Program-made: the position numbers and the translations under genes
From: the human T2T-CHM13v2.0 reference genome, Homo sapiens
Assembly: GCF_009914755.1 (NCBI RefSeq)
Contig: NC_060926.1
Reading direction: 5' to 3' (one strand)
Length of the DNA: 64,000 nucleotides
Shown here: positions 1 to 12,872 of the stretch, piece by piece
Layout of the letters: each line of letters opens with the position of its first letter
How positions within the stretch are numbered: position 1 is the first letter of the stretch
The notes under the pieces: model-generated
Database searches by the model: none
Told to the model about the DNA's origin: nothing
Seen by the model: the letters and a program-made list of their open reading frames with translations, nothing else

Positions 1-695
1 TCCACCTTTAAATATGGGGCTTGTAACTTAGCTCACACCCAACCAATCAGAGAGCTCACTAAAATGCTAATTAGGCAAAAACAGGAGGTAGAGAAATAGC
101 CAATCTATTGCCTGAGAGCACAGCGGGAGGGACAAGGATCGGGATATAAACCCAGGCATTTGACAACCCCCTTTGGGTCCCCTCCCTTTGTATGGGAGCT
201 CTGTTTTCACTCTATTTCACTCTATTAAATCTTGCAACTGCACTCTTCTGGTCCATGTTTGTTACAGCTCGAGCTGAGCTTTCGCTAGCCGTCTACCACT
301 GCTGTTTGCCGCCATGGCAGACCCACTGCTGAGTTCTATCCCTCCGGATCCGTCAGGGTGTCCGCTGTGCTCCTGATCCAGAGAGGCACCCATTGCCACT
401 CCTGATTGGGCTAAGGCTTGCCATTGTTCCTGCATGGCTAAGTGCCCGGGTTCATTCTAATCCAGCTGAACACTAGTCACTGGGTTCCATGGTTCTCTTC
501 CGTGACCCATGGCTTCTAATAGAGGTATAACACTTGCTGCGTAGCCCAAGATTCCATTCCTTGGAATCCATGAGGCCAAGAACCCCAGATCAGAGAACAC
601 GAGGCTTGCCACCATCTTGGAAGCAGCCCACCATCCTCTTGGAAGCGGCTTGCCACCATCTTGGAAGCTCTGTGAACAAGGATCCCCCGGTAACA
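1..695 (+). mobile_element. HERV-W LTR (LTR17), 3' part of U3 plus R and U5; solo LTR or 3' LTR
   Basis: Matches the recalled LTR17 sequence (GGGATATAAACCCAGGCATT, CTATTAAATCTTGCAACTGCACTCTTCTGG, CCACCATCTTGGAAG repeats). Ends ...CCCCCGGTAACA at 695. No tRNA-Trp PBS follows, so it is not a 5' LTR. The window starts inside U3. Confidence 0.93.
43..229 (+). promoter_or_regulatory. LTR17 core promoter and poly(A) signal
   Basis: CCAAT at 43-47 and 100-104, octamer-like ATGCTAAT at 64-71, TATAAA at 145-150, ATTAAA at 224-229. Activity unknown. Confidence 0.7.
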
Positions 696-725
696 AAAGG
701 TTTACTTAAAAATTTATCTTTTCTT

Positions 726-1278
726 ATCTAAAATCAGAAATACTATTTGACCCAGCAATCCCATTTCTGGGTATATACCCAAAGAAATATAAATCATTTC
801 ATTATGAAGACACATGCACTTATATGTTCATTGCAGCAGTATTCACAATAGCAAAGACATGGATTCAACCTACATGCACATCGATTATAGACTTGATAAA
901 GAAAATGTGGTACATATATACCATAGAATACTATGCAGCCATGAAAAACGAGATCATGTCCATTGCAGGAACATGGATGGAGCTGGAGGCCATTATCCTT
1001 AGCAAACTGATGCAGGATCAGAAAACCAAATACCAAATGTTCTCACTTATGAGTGGGAGCTGAATGATGAGAAGATGTGGACACATGGTGGGGGAACACA
1101 CACTGGCGACTATTGAGGGTGGAAGGGGGGTAGGAGGAAGAGGATCAGGAAAAATAACTAATATGTACAAAGCTTAATACCTGGGTGATGAAATAATCTG
1201 TACAACAAACCCCCATGATACAAGTTTGCCTATATAACAAACGTTCACATGTACCCCTGAACTTAAAAAAAAGTTAAA
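726..1278 (+). mobile_element. 5'-truncated L1PA13-16-type element (ORF2 C-terminus plus 3'UTR)
   Basis: ORF 824-1063 (MFIAAVFTIAKTW...MWYIYTIEYYAA) is the L1 ORF2 C-terminus. A-tail present. TSD AAAAATTTATCTT(T/G)TCTT at 708-725 and 1279-1296, at a TT|AAAA site. Confidence 0.92.
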
Positions 1279-1299
1279 AAAAATTTATCTTGTCTTTAA

Positions 1300-1610
1300 G
1301 CTTGTTTATGGTTTCTATTTTAGTTTTAGATTTTAAGTCTACATTCGAATCACTTTGTTGTATTATGTGAAGTAGAGAAACTTTTTAAATTCCCCTTATT
1401 GATAATTAATTGTTCTGGTTTTAAGTGCTGCTATATAACATATATTCAGTAGAGAAAGTGCATTCTTTTTATAAAAAATGTTTTAACTCATATATTTATT
1501 TTTCCAGATTAGTTTTATAATCAGGTTATCGAGTTCTATAAAAATTCCCATTGTGATTTTGATTGAGATTATATGTGAGATAAGTAGATAATTTTGTAAA
1601 ATTTCACTTT
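1300..1610 (-). mobile_element. Old L1M ORF2 fragment
   Basis: Degraded similarity to antisense L1 ORF2 (TTTTAAGTCT..., GATTTTGATTGAGATT). Confidence 0.5.
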
Positions 1611-1619
1611 ATTAAATTA

Positions 1620-2160
1620 GTATACTTAATATACTTAATATGTGCAAAGTTATCAATAATAAAAACATGCAACGTAGAAAAAGCAGGCAAGTTAAACAAT
1701 GAGAAATCAAAAGACTAGTGTCATACACAATTTAGAAAGGAATTTCAAGCTAAAGAATCATCAATAAAATACAAATTAAAGTAAAAAGAATCGGCACTAT
1801 TTTGTTTTTTACAAGCAGCCAACATTAAAATTTTTTTTACAAGCAAGCCAACATTTCTACTTCTAGCAAGTAGTAAAATAGGTTCTTATATATTATTGGC
1901 AAGAAAGAAATTGGCAGAATCTTTTTGGAAAACAAATTGTAATTTATTTCAAATTCTTCACGTTTTGGATATTCATTTATCAAGTATGTCCACTTTAAAA
2001 GATTTCTTAAAGGAAATAATCATGAAAAACATAATTGTGAAAAACATAATTGTAAAAAACATTTCTCACAATATTTTTTTATAATAGTGAAAGTAGCCTA
2101 ATTTTACATTAGGGCATAGTTGAATAAAATTTGTTATACATGTACTGTGTACATGTATAT
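1620..2160 (+). mobile_element. Old L1ME-type 3' region
   Basis: A-rich degraded L1 3' motifs (ATACAAATTAAAG, AAATTGGCAGAATCTTTTTGGAAAACAAATTG). Confidence 0.5.
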
Positions 2161-2199
2161 ATGTATAGTCTATAAGTTTATGCTGGTCTATTGGGTCTG

Positions 2200-2850
2200 T
2201 AAAGCTTCAGCCATTTCATTTGCTCTCTGGGTGGTAATCAGAGATACACTTTAGATCATACATTTTTGTTTATGAATTCCTACCACAGTAGACATCCTTT
2301 TATAATATGGTGAAATCCAAAATCTCAGACCCCTTTTGTTGAATTAATATGTTAAGTTTTAGTGAAAGATGAACACCAAGAGTGGGTGGTGATGGTGGTT
2401 TAAATTGTATGTACTAAACATGAGAGGAACATCTGATTACATGAGAATATTCCTGGGGTTACACATTAAGGTGACATAAATGTATTGCTTATGAAAACAG
2501 GTCAGTACCAATTACTCTCTGGATGTAATTAGTCTCATTAAGGAGGACAAACACCTTAGATGGAAGTAAATAGATTATTACTGATTCAGAAAATAACTGG
2601 ACTATAACCATTCTTATACCTGATGTTTCTTAACTTCTTCTGAGACTCTGGGAGATATTAGCAGTTAATTGTAGGGGCCAAAGGTCCAATTAAGGTGTGT
2701 TAGGGTTAATAACATTCTAATGCTGAGTATAAAAGGGAATGTGATTATTAGTTTTGGGGTGAAGTGTAGTTCCATCTGGACTTTTGTATGTGGCTATACA
2801 ATTCTTACTAGGGAGATCTTAAGCTGGATAACAAATCTAGCGGTTGTAAA
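2200..2850 (+). mobile_element. Possible ancient ERVL/Gypsy-like pol remnant
   Basis: Hand translation gives GNQRYTL..FMNS (2233-2280), resembling ERVL RT GQQYTF..YINS. FLG near 2451. CAGTTAATTGTAGGGGC (2662-2678) resembles the ERVL protease region. Weak. Confidence 0.3.
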
Positions 2851-4079
2851 AGTCGGCAGCTAACACTGATGGAAAAAGTGAATTAGGAATTCACAGTATT
2901 TAAGGAACAAAGACAATCAAGAGAACAACAGAAAAAACTGGGAGAGGGAAATCATAACACTCTTATCTTGAACCAAAATAAAGGAAAGAGGCTGGCAGTA
3001 AGAGGAGAAAACAAGTAAAATTGAAGTCCTTAGTTCTAAGCATGCATTTTTATTTGAAAGTCATTGGAAGAAGCTGCCTACAACTCACTCTTGTGGCAGC
3101 TCTCCATTTCTCCTTCTGGCCTTCTTAGTGAGCCTTAGAGTTTGACTTCCAGAGGGAATAGACACCTAGGTTATAGGATCTAGAGCAGTGTTTACATCAA
3201 GAAATAAGAATGTATTATGTATGACCTGGAGTGTAAGAGCAAGATTTGTGGTGAAAAGTACCTAAGATGGTCCCTTTAAGGCAGGTTTTTGTTCATTTCT
3301 CTTTCAATATACCCTCTCTTATTGAATATCATGAAGGGGTATGTCTGGGGATACTTGGGCGTGTAGCATGCCCCTTCGGCATATGACTGTGATATTAATT
3401 TTTGTTAGAAACTTGAAAGGTTAGAATGCAGCAAGGTAGAATCTGTCAGAGATTGTGTCACTTTAAGTCTCATAGGCTTTTTTTCCCCTGTAATAATTAC
3501 ATATGGTGAGTTTAAGGAAATTTTGTGATATAAATCACATTTTCTTTAAGGTAGAGTTAGAACTTTAGGCTATGAGTGATTATGTTCTTTTAAACACTTT
3601 GACAGTTTCATTTTTAAAATACTGTATGATACTATCTGATAAATACAGGAAATTTGACTGTTTTTTCTTATTGTTTATCATTTATGCAACATATGTGTAG
3701 ATTCATGTAGCCAACACCACAATCAGGATACAGAACAGTTCCATCACTCCAAAAAACTCCCTCATCCCATCCCTTTATTGTCACACCTTTGCTCCACCCT
3801 ATCCTTGGCCACCATTGTAGTTTTGTCTTTAAAAGAATGTCATATAAACAGTCATACAATATGTAACCTTTTATTGTTTTCTGAAATAATGTCTTTGAGA
3901 TTCATCAGAGTTGCTGTGGTAGTTCATAGTCCATTCCTTTTTATTGCTGAGTAGTAGTATTACATGGTATGGATGTACCAGTTAGTTTACTCATTTGCCT
4001 GTTGAAGGACATTTAGATTGTGTTCAGTTTTTTTTAATTATGAATAACGTTCCTATAAAAATGTATGTACGGATTTTTA

Positions 4080-5270
4080 TGTTATTGGAAAGTGGAGGAA
4101 AGGTGATCCTTGTTATAAAGTGGCAAAGAAATTGGCCAAATTGTGTTCTCATGTTTTGTGGGAAAGTAGAACTTGTAAGTGATAAACTTGGATATTTACC
4201 TGAGGAGGTGTCTTAGCCATGTTGAAGACATGGCCTGTTTTTCCTTTGCTGCTTATGAGAAAATGCAAGAGCAGAGAGATAAATTGAAAAAGAAATCGTT
4301 AAGTAAAAAGGAACCAGAACTTAAAGATTTGGGAAATTCTTATCCTAACCATATTGTAAAATATGTCTCCTGGAAAAAAAAAAATGTGACTCATGGATCC
4401 AATCAACCATGTCAGCAGAAACCGTGAATAAAGATGCAGTTAACCAGGAAAGATCTGTGGAAAATCCTCTTGTCTGATGGCTTGGATCTCCAGGGATTGC
4501 ATTGGAGGCAAATGGGTTTTTGAAAACTATATATCAGCGAACACACTGCTAGCTTGAATTGAAGGGTGTGGAGACAGGATGAAATAAAGGAGGACTGTCA
4601 GACTTCCAGGATTCTACAGGATGGGCCAGTACAGCTATCTAATGTGTTATCCTCCAAGAAAAGGGAAGTAGGACCCCCAAGAGAGGCCAAAAGGTTGGCA
4701 GGGCTGCCATTGCTACCATGGGGTCAACGGGTAGGGCGGCCTCCTGGGTTTCAAAGGCTGGGCCATTTCCTTATTTTAGCAGACCAGACAGCCACTGCCA
4801 AGGGCAAAGGGGTCAAGGCTGCCACCCTTGTAGGTCCAGAAGGCAGGGTCACACTGATTGGCCCTGAGGACAGAGCATTAAGCATAAGAGTTTTATCCTC
4901 AAGCCTTTTAAATCTACAGGAATTCAGAAGATTTTGGACTTGTTTGGGACCCATGACCCCTTTCTTCTTTCTGATTTCTCCCTTTTGGAATGAGAATGTC
5001 TATTCTATACCTGTCTCACCATTGTATTTTGAAAGACGATCACTTGTTGCCTGGGCTTATGGGTTCACAGCAGAAAGAAATTTGCCTCACGATGAATCAT
5101 ACCTCCAGTCTGACCCATATTTAATTTAGATGATATTTAGATGAGATTTTTGACTTAGACTTGATGCTAGAATGGGCTAAGACTTTTAGGGCTATTGGGA
5201 TCTGGTGAATGTATTTTGCATGTGAAAAGAACATAAATTATTTTGGGGTGGGAGAGGGTAGAGGATGGAG
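4080..5270 (+). mobile_element. MaLR internal region (MLT1-int), 5'-truncated
   Basis: GTTATTGGAAAGTGGAGGAAAGGTGATCCTTGTTATAAAGTGGCAAAG is typical MLT-int. Purine tract 5245-5270 precedes the LTR. ORFs 4179-4427 and 4566-5129 are MaLR ORF remnants. Confidence 0.85.
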
Positions 5271-5643
5271 TGTTATGGGCTGAATTTTGTTTCTTCCAAA
5301 ATTTGTATGTTGAAGTCCTTACCCCCCTGTAACTTAGAATGTGACTGTATTTGGATATAAGGTTTTTAAAGAGGTAACTCAGTTAAAATGAGGCTATAGA
5401 CACTAATCCAATATGACTGGTGTCCTTATAAAAAGAAATTTGAACACAGACAGGCATGGAAGACCATGCGAAGATACAAGGAGAAGATGGCCATCTAGAA
5501 GCTAAGGAAGGAAGCTTCAGAAGAAACCAACTCTACTGATACCATGATCTCCAACTTCTGCCTCCAGAATGGTGAGAAAATAAGTTTGCTTAAGCCATCT
5601 AGTCTGTTATACTTTGTTATGACAGACCTAGCAAACTAACACA
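5271..5643 (+). mobile_element. MLT1B LTR (3' LTR)
   Basis: TGTTATGGGCTGAAT...TAATCCAATATGACTGGTGTCCTTATAA...CTAGCAAACTAACACA, with TG..CA ends. Confidence 0.88.
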
Positions 5644-5941
5644 GTATGTTTCCATTATTCTAGGGTAAATACTCAAGAATGGAAATGGCAAATCGTAAGT
5701 GTATGCTTTATAAGAAACTGCCGAATTGTTTTCCAGAGTGGTTGTACTATTTTGCATTCCACCAGCATTGTATCAGAGTTCCCAATGATCTTTTTTTTTT
5801 TTTTCACCCCCGGTATTTGGCATTGTTAATATTTTTTAGCGTTTAGCCATTCTGATAGATGTATTGTGCTATCTTATCATGGTTTTCATTTGCATCACCC
5901 TGATGGCTAATAATGTTGAATATTTTTTCATGTGTTTTTTA

Positions 5942-6268
5942 TTTTCTTTTTCTTCTTCTTTTTTTTTTTTTTTTTAAGAGACAAGGGCTTGTTCTGTTGC
6001 CTAGGCTAGAGTACACTGGCATGATCATAGCTCACTGCAACTTCAAATTCCAGGGCTCAAGAGATCCTCCCACCTCAGCCTCCCAAGTAGCTAGGACTAC
6101 AAGTGCGCACTATCATGCCCAGCTAATTTTTAAAAATGGAATTAGGTTTTTATAGAGACAGTCTTGCTATGTTGCCCTGGCTGGTCTAAAACTCCTGGCC
6201 TCAAGCAATCCTCCCACTTTGGGCTCCCAAAGTGCTAGGATTACAGGTAGAAGCCATGGTTTCAGGCC
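5942..6268 (-). mobile_element. AluJ (Jo/Jr-type)
   Basis: Antisense dimeric Alu with J-type GATCATAGCTCACTGCA and GGGCTCAAG.GATCCTCCC. Confidence 0.9.
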
Positions 6269-6674
6269 TTGTTTATTCTTATCTCCTCCTTGTTAAAGTT
6301 TATGTCCAGGTTCTTTTTCAATTTCTTAATTGACTTGTTTGTTTTTGCATTGTTGGGTTTTGAGAATTATTTATATATTCTGAATGCCAGTTCTTTGTCA
6401 GATATATGATTTGCAAATATTTTCTTCCAGTCTATCTTGCATTTTTATCCTCCTATTAGGGTCTTTTGGAGCATAGACATTTTAAATTTTGATGGAGTCC
6501 AAATTAATCAGTTTTGTCTTTTATGAATTGTGCTTTTTGTATCACGTAAGAACTCTGCTCAACCCTACATCACAAAGATTTTCTTATGTTTTCTTAAAAT
6601 TTTATAGCTTTCTTATTTATTTTTAGACCTATAATCCATTTGAGTTAATTTTTGAATAAAGTGTGAGCATACAC

Positions 6675-7310
6675 ACATCTTATTCAGTCAAAGGCTAATC
6701 TTGGTGCAACTATAAAAGGATTTTGTGATGTGATTAAAATCCCTAATCAGTTGATTTTAAGTTAATCAAAAGATAGAACATCTTGGGTAGGCTTGACTTA
6801 ATCAAGTGAGGGCCTTTTAAATAGGGACTAAGGCCCTCCACATGAGATTCAGGGACTCCACAAGGTAGAGCAGAAAGATAACTTATGATCTACCTTCTGA
6901 GCCTCCCACACTTACTTTTAGGGCTGATCTGCTGATTTCCTTGATATGCTTAAGCAGCACTGGACTTGCAATTGCAGTACCTTCGCCCTCAATCTTTCTC
7001 CAATTTCTCTGACTCCCAGGGCCAGGTGTGTGTGCTCAGCTCCAAGATGAAGGGCTCTGGTTTTTGCAGGACAGTCTTATCACTGAGATTACAGACAACA
7101 AGAGTAGACACTGGTTTCAGTCCAACTTTGTAGAGTTTCCCACTCATGCTTATGGGGTCTAGACTGCATGAAATCTTTCCTTCCTGCCAGCCTGTGGACT
7201 TCAGGGTTTCTTTTCCAGCTCCCATAATTGTATAAGACAATTCTTTGTAACAAATTCCTAGATAGATAGATTTCCTACTGGTTCTGTTTCTCTGGTTAGG
7301 GTTAATATAC
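6675..7310 (+). mobile_element. MLT2 (D/E/F-type) ERVL LTR
   Basis: GATGTGATTAAAATCCCTAATCAGTTGATTTTAAG...CCAGCTCCCATAATTGTATAAG...CCTACTGGTTCTGTTTCTCTGG. Confidence 0.8.
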
Positions 7311-7816
7311 TTATCCTTTTTTTTTTCATTAAACTGCTTTTTGCTCTGTTAAAAATTAGAAACAGGTTGTCCCTGGGTAAAATGAATGGCTGAAAGTCAT
7401 CAAGGAAGGCAATTTCCTTTAAACAGATTGGCAGAGTTATCAGGGAAGGCAATTTCAGTTATTGGTGAGTTTTCTAAGACACCTCATAATTTCAGCTTGG
7501 AGATACATGACATGCTTAAATCTGTGCAATAGCTGCTGTTTTCCTTCCATTGCCACCTTCACTTTAGGCTACATCTCTACTAGTAATTTCCCCAGTTACA
7601 ATGTCTTAATATTATTAAATAAAAGAAGCATTTAGAAAATATTACCTTCAATATAATAATAGTATTACAAATTGTATATGTGTATAGGTGAAAAAGAAAG
7701 CTGAAAGTAAACATACTTGAATGTTGATAGTAGTCATCAGTAGTTGCCGAAATTATTGTTAGCTTTTGTGTCCTTTTGCTTATTGGTACTTTCTAAATCT
7801 CCTACAAGGAACATGG

Positions 7817-8175
7817 TGCTATGAACTGAAGGTCTGCACCCCTGCCTTAAAATTTATATGCTGAATCCCTAACCCCCAGTAATTATATTTGGAGATAAGA
7901 CCTCTAAAGTAGTAATTAAGATCAAATAATATCATCAGGATGGTGTCCTGGCCCAATAAGATGAGTCCTTCTAAGAAAATACCTGGCTTCTCTCTCACTG
8001 TCATGTAAGAACACAGTGAGAAGGCCAGCCAGAAAGACAGCCCTCACCAGAAATCCAACCCTACAGGAACCTGATCTTGGACTTTCTGGCCTCCAGTACT
8101 GTGAGAAAAGAAATTTGTGTTGTTTAATTCACCCAGTCTATAGTTTTGTTATGGCAGCCCAAGCAGACTAAGACA
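7817..8175 (+). mobile_element. MLT1A0 solo LTR inserted in an L1ME 3' end (~7640-8220)
   Basis: TGCTATG...GCAGCCCAAGCAGACTAAGACA. 5-bp TSD CATGG/GATGG. Confidence 0.88.
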
Positions 8176-8547
8176 GATGGTTTATTTTTGCAATAAGTAC
8201 ATAACATAATAATACTTATTTTAAGCAAAAAAAAAAAAACACAAAACAAAAAAAAGCAAGCCTGACTTAAAAGGCACTGAAACCAAAAGTGCAAGATCTT
8301 TGGCTAATTATGTAAGTTTCCAGACATTGCTAATTCTATCTTGAATTCTTCAAAAGAAACGTGTAAGATAAATGTTAAGTAAACATGCAGACAAATATGT
8401 TATTTTGGAGAGCTGTTACAATTTCCTTTTTGTTGGAATTAACCAGGAGTAAAATTGTGGGCAACTAATTTTATGTCTGGTTAGAGAGTTCAGCTACAAA
8501 AGTTTTGCTTGTCCACATAATCTCTGCCTTCTCCCCTACCCCCTTCC

Positions 8548-8548
<1 letters not shown>

Positions 8549-8580
<32 letters not shown>
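8549..8580. repeat. (AC)16 microsatellite
   Basis: Direct reading. Confidence 0.98.
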
Positions 8581-8583
<3 letters not shown>

Positions 8584-10869
8584 TGCACGTTTTAATCTTT
8601 CACACTGGGTTGATCTACAATATAACATATTGTAAGACCAACAATCTATCTCCTCGATAATGTACAATAAATTGCAATCAAGTTAAATCAATATCACATC
8701 TTTTCCATCCATTGGGCTTCATGTCTGATTACTTTCCAAATGACTTCTTTGACAACAGATGATGTCTACTGGGTGCCCTCCTCTTTCCTCTGCTGCCACA
8801 ATCTTTTCTATTTTCCACGCTGGTATTCATTTGATTTTGAGGGAGAAAAGTTCTAAAGGGCATACTGTAAAGAAAAACAGATGGTTAGTGGTGTGATTGT
8901 AGAAGGTGTGTGCTCTCATTTCATCTTCTTTTATAGATGTTTTTCTTTTTTGCCTCTGAATTTCCATTTAACACTTAACGGTGGATTTTGTTTCAATGTT
9001 TCATTTGTGGCAAAGACTCCTAGAATGAGTTCATACTCTTATTCTCTCTCTCTCTAGCCCTTCTCATTTCCTTCTCCTCATTCAGATATTGCGGTGGGCA
9101 GGGACCAGCATTCCCTTCATTGAGAGAAAATTTGGTTATTAACATGAGGCAAAATCACATTTTTTGATCCCAAACTGTTCATTATGTAGAAAGCGTCTTT
9201 CTGGGAGATACATTAAAATATTTCACTAATGTCACTTGTATAGCATATGGATGATTACCATATTATTTAAACAGAATTTTATACTGCTTTCCCCAAAATG
9301 TATTCTAAGATTTGCGGTTTTTCCCATGGTCATTGAATTGAGGCTCTTGTAGAGATCAGATGCTGTTGAATCTCTTTAATGGACGAAGTATGGTAAATAA
9401 CCCTTAATTTAAGTAACCAAGTAATTACTTTCATTAGGTAGCATATTAGTAAAGTTGATACTTGGAGTTCGAACCATTTGTGAATCACAAAGAGTGTCAT
9501 TCTTCTGACAAACAAATGAGCAACCACCTATCTTACAAACCATTTTTGTGAAGATGGCATTTCACTAACTTGATTGTTCTCAAGAATTGCAGAATGTTAA
9601 AAAGGATTACCTCCTTAGAGTGTCCCTTATCCTACCTCTTCATTTTAGCTTACTTTATAGATAACAGGTTGACATTAAGTAGCCTCAGGTATTAGCCCTC
9701 CCTTGACAAGGATGGTGCAGTCTGTGCTGGCTGATTCAGGAATAGAAGTCAGATCTTCTGGTTTTTGGTCCATTTATTTAGAGAGAAGTAGGATGAGTGG
9801 CACACTGCCCCTCCAATAATTTTTTTTAAAAGTTTTATTTTTAATAATTGAACAAACTCCACTTTAAATGACTCAACTCTGTTGAGTAAAGGAAAAAAAA
9901 CTTAAATTTGCCAAATGGCATTATCTCAATCCCTCTCCTGATCTAGTCTCTTTAAATAGCTTCAATGTATTTCAGGTAAATGTTTTAACTTTTCAGATTT
10001 CTTCCCCCTCTCCCTGCCCTTCTCTGATAAAGCATCTGGATTTTAACAGGGAAGGGACTCCCGTGAGCTAGTGTAGCTAGGGCAGGGAGCCTCAGAGTTG
10101 TGTGTAGAAGCTGTTTGGCTGCCACCTGCTCAGAGAAGACAGGTCTGTTCTCACTCCTCTTCTGCAATCTGCCTGGGTTCCACAGTAACCATCTGGCCTT
10201 TAGGGGAATTACTTGGGCACCAACTATTAAGCTCATGGTTCTCAGCCATTTGCTTCTTGTCACCAAAACATCTTTGTTTCAACTCCCACTGGCCTCTCAT
10301 CACCTTTGTGTCCCCTCCCCGGGGCTCCTGGAACTTCTGGATCCTTTGCAGACTGTTCAAAATCTATGGGTACCACAGCATTATCTCAGATGATTTATGT
10401 AGACCACATTCCTCTATCTATGCCATGGAATTTGGCAACAAACTGAATGCAGCGCTTCCTCCAGAGGTTTGAAGACTTTCCCTAGCTACACCCAGAGAAG
10501 TGGATCTCTATACCTAATTTCCCCACTCCTATTAAGTGCTTTTATATAAGTCTCTGTACCTTTTTAAGGATAAACCCTATGAAAGTTTGAACACATTGCC
10601 CTGCCTTTTCCATTTCTCCTTTCCACAATTCCCTGATATAGAAGGCTGGGATAGCTCTCCTTTATATACAGCAAATACTTTTTCTTATTGCATATCCTGA
10701 GTTCAAAAATAATCTTATTCTACATGTCAAAAATTGAACCCCACTTTTTTCCAGTTCCTGGGGTGATAATCCTTACTTTTCTGGGACCTGTAGCATAACA
10801 AGGGGCTGATCCAGAGCAGGAAATGTCAAAGAAAAAACAATATATTTCTAAAAGTATTATTCCCACTTT

Positions 10870-11130
10870 AATACATTTAGTCAGTTATTACAATAATATT
10901 TATTGATTTCTTGCCATGCATCAACTATTAGAAATGTAGAGAAAAATACAGTCTGTGGTAAAAGTGAGGAGAAAACAACTAATAACAATACTGTATAGTA
11001 ATTGCCAAAATGGTGTTTCATACAAAAGACACTGAAGATAGAAAAATTCTACATGTACCTGCCTAGGGGAGATCATAGGAGGCTTATTAGAGGAAATGAC
11101 ATTTCTACTGCAATATGCTGCCTCTGATGT
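10870..11130 (-). mobile_element. L2 3' fragment
   Basis: CATTTAGTCAG...ATATTTATTGA and GGAGGCTTATTAGAGGAAATGACATTT motifs. Confidence 0.6.
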
Positions 11131-11351
11131 TTGCCGTTGGTGACAAGGGGATAAAAGTGTTGTAGATCCTTTTAAATCCATTCCTTAACAACAGTTAATA
11201 GTGATGATGGAACAGCAGACAACAATAGTTTGCAATATGTAACACTCTACCAGCAACAAAGTGGTCCGACACACAGCACAGTTCTTGCAAATTTGTAGGA
11301 CAGAACATATTCTTTAGGTCAGTGCCACTCTAAAAATATAGGACAAAAGGA

Positions 11352-11600
11352 TACTCATTCGTTCATTTAGTCCACATTTATTGAGTACCTGCTATGCTCT
11401 AGGTACAGCAGGTACAGAAATGAAGAAGAACTACAGATCTTATCTCAAGAATTTTACATTCTCTAGAGGGGAAGTAGTAAATACATCAATGGGAAAGAGA
11501 GATTCAGATATTCAGATTTATGTAGAAAGTAAAAGAGGATGGTGTGCTACATTGTGATGGGGGTGGGGAGAGATGCAATAGAATGTGGACTTCATTAACA
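11352..11600 (-). mobile_element. L2 3' end
   Basis: CTCATTCGTTCATTTAGTCCACATTTATTGAGTACCTGCTATG. Confidence 0.75.
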
Positions 11601-11625
11601 ATGATACAAAAAATGACCAGGACTT

Positions 11626-11972
<347 letters not shown>

Positions 11973-12812
11973 TTAAACTATGTTTGGGGTGTGGAAAAGT
12001 GAAATCAACAGGATTAGAGGATATCTTTTCCAAGGGAAATTTTCAATTTCTCACATTAGCATTTGTCTTGAAACTCTTTGATTTCTTGCTTTTCATGGAT
12101 TCTGTAGGGAAACCCTTTGGCTCCTTTAGTAAAATAGTAGTGTGAATCTGCAGTTTTTGTAATGAAGGGAGAATCTTCTCATGGGAAGAGGTAACTCTAC
12201 AGATGATCCTTAACTCTCTTGGGAACTTTCTCTGCATGATACTGGTTTCAGGGGGATGCTAATTTCTTTTTCCCCATTCTGGAAAGTGTGGACATACTTT
12301 CCTTAATTTCTTTTTGAATAGTTGAGAAGATCATGGCTTAATGTTTAATAAAGTCTTTACTTGAGGTCAGGGCAAACTTAAGCAAGAGAGCCAACATAGA
12401 AAGTAACATGCAATAAAAAATTCTGGTTGTCTGGTGTATCTGGGTCTTGACTCTTAACTCAACATACCCGTGAAAGGGCTGTTTTACTGACTAGCTGGAA
12501 GGGACCACTCCACATGCGTCCCAGACCTACTTAGTGGCTCAGAAGCAGCTCTTTTTGCCATACCTTCTGGAGTGTCTTCAAACCTGCCTAAGCTTCGTGA
12601 AGTACCACACCAGGACAGCAACAGCAAGTCACATGGAGGAATAGAAGGCCCATGTCCTTCCGTCCCAGACTTGCTCTGCAGATGCTGGCTTTCTGTCTGG
12701 GGTCTTGTTTGTTCCTGAAGTGACTGACACAGGAATGCCCACTGCCTGAGAGGGGAGATGCCACCATTTCCCCAACAACTTGTAGAAGTGTTGTTTTATG
12801 TGGTTTCAACAG

Positions 12813-12872
12813 AAAAATTACAGCAGAATCACCATAATTCACAGTTTCAAAAGAGGCACAGCAAGAAATAAG
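12813..12872 (+). other. Candidate 60-nt internal exon (unverified)
   Basis: Acceptor GTTGTTTTATGTGGTTTCAACAG| and donor AAG|GTAAGA in apparently non-repeat sequence. Confidence 0.3.

Larger units (their letters stand above)
3665..6665 (-). mobile_element. L1MC/L1MD-type 3' end and ORF2 tail, split by MLT1B (4080-5643) and AluJ (5942-6268)
   Basis: Antisense L1 3'UTR (CAGGATACAGAACAGTTCCATCAC, TTTTTATTGCTGAGTAGTA, GTTGAAGGACATTT). Resumes colinearly at 5644 (TTCTAGGGTAAATAC, AGAAACTGCC). Confidence 0.85.

Noticed and set aside
601-670. CCACCATCTTGGAAG repeats as a CRISPR-like array
   Set aside because: Normal LTR17 U5 repeats without unique spacers, in human DNA.
4566-5129. Longest ORF (187 aa) as a novel gene
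   Set aside because: It lies wholly within MLT1-int and starts at GTG. It is a MaLR ORF remnant with no sign of domestication.
9985-10472. Overlapping ORFs of 69-124 aa in non-repeat DNA
   Set aside because: No recognisable domain, several lack an ATG start, and there is no convincing exon structure. A modest GC rise explains the open frames. A regulatory role cannot be excluded.
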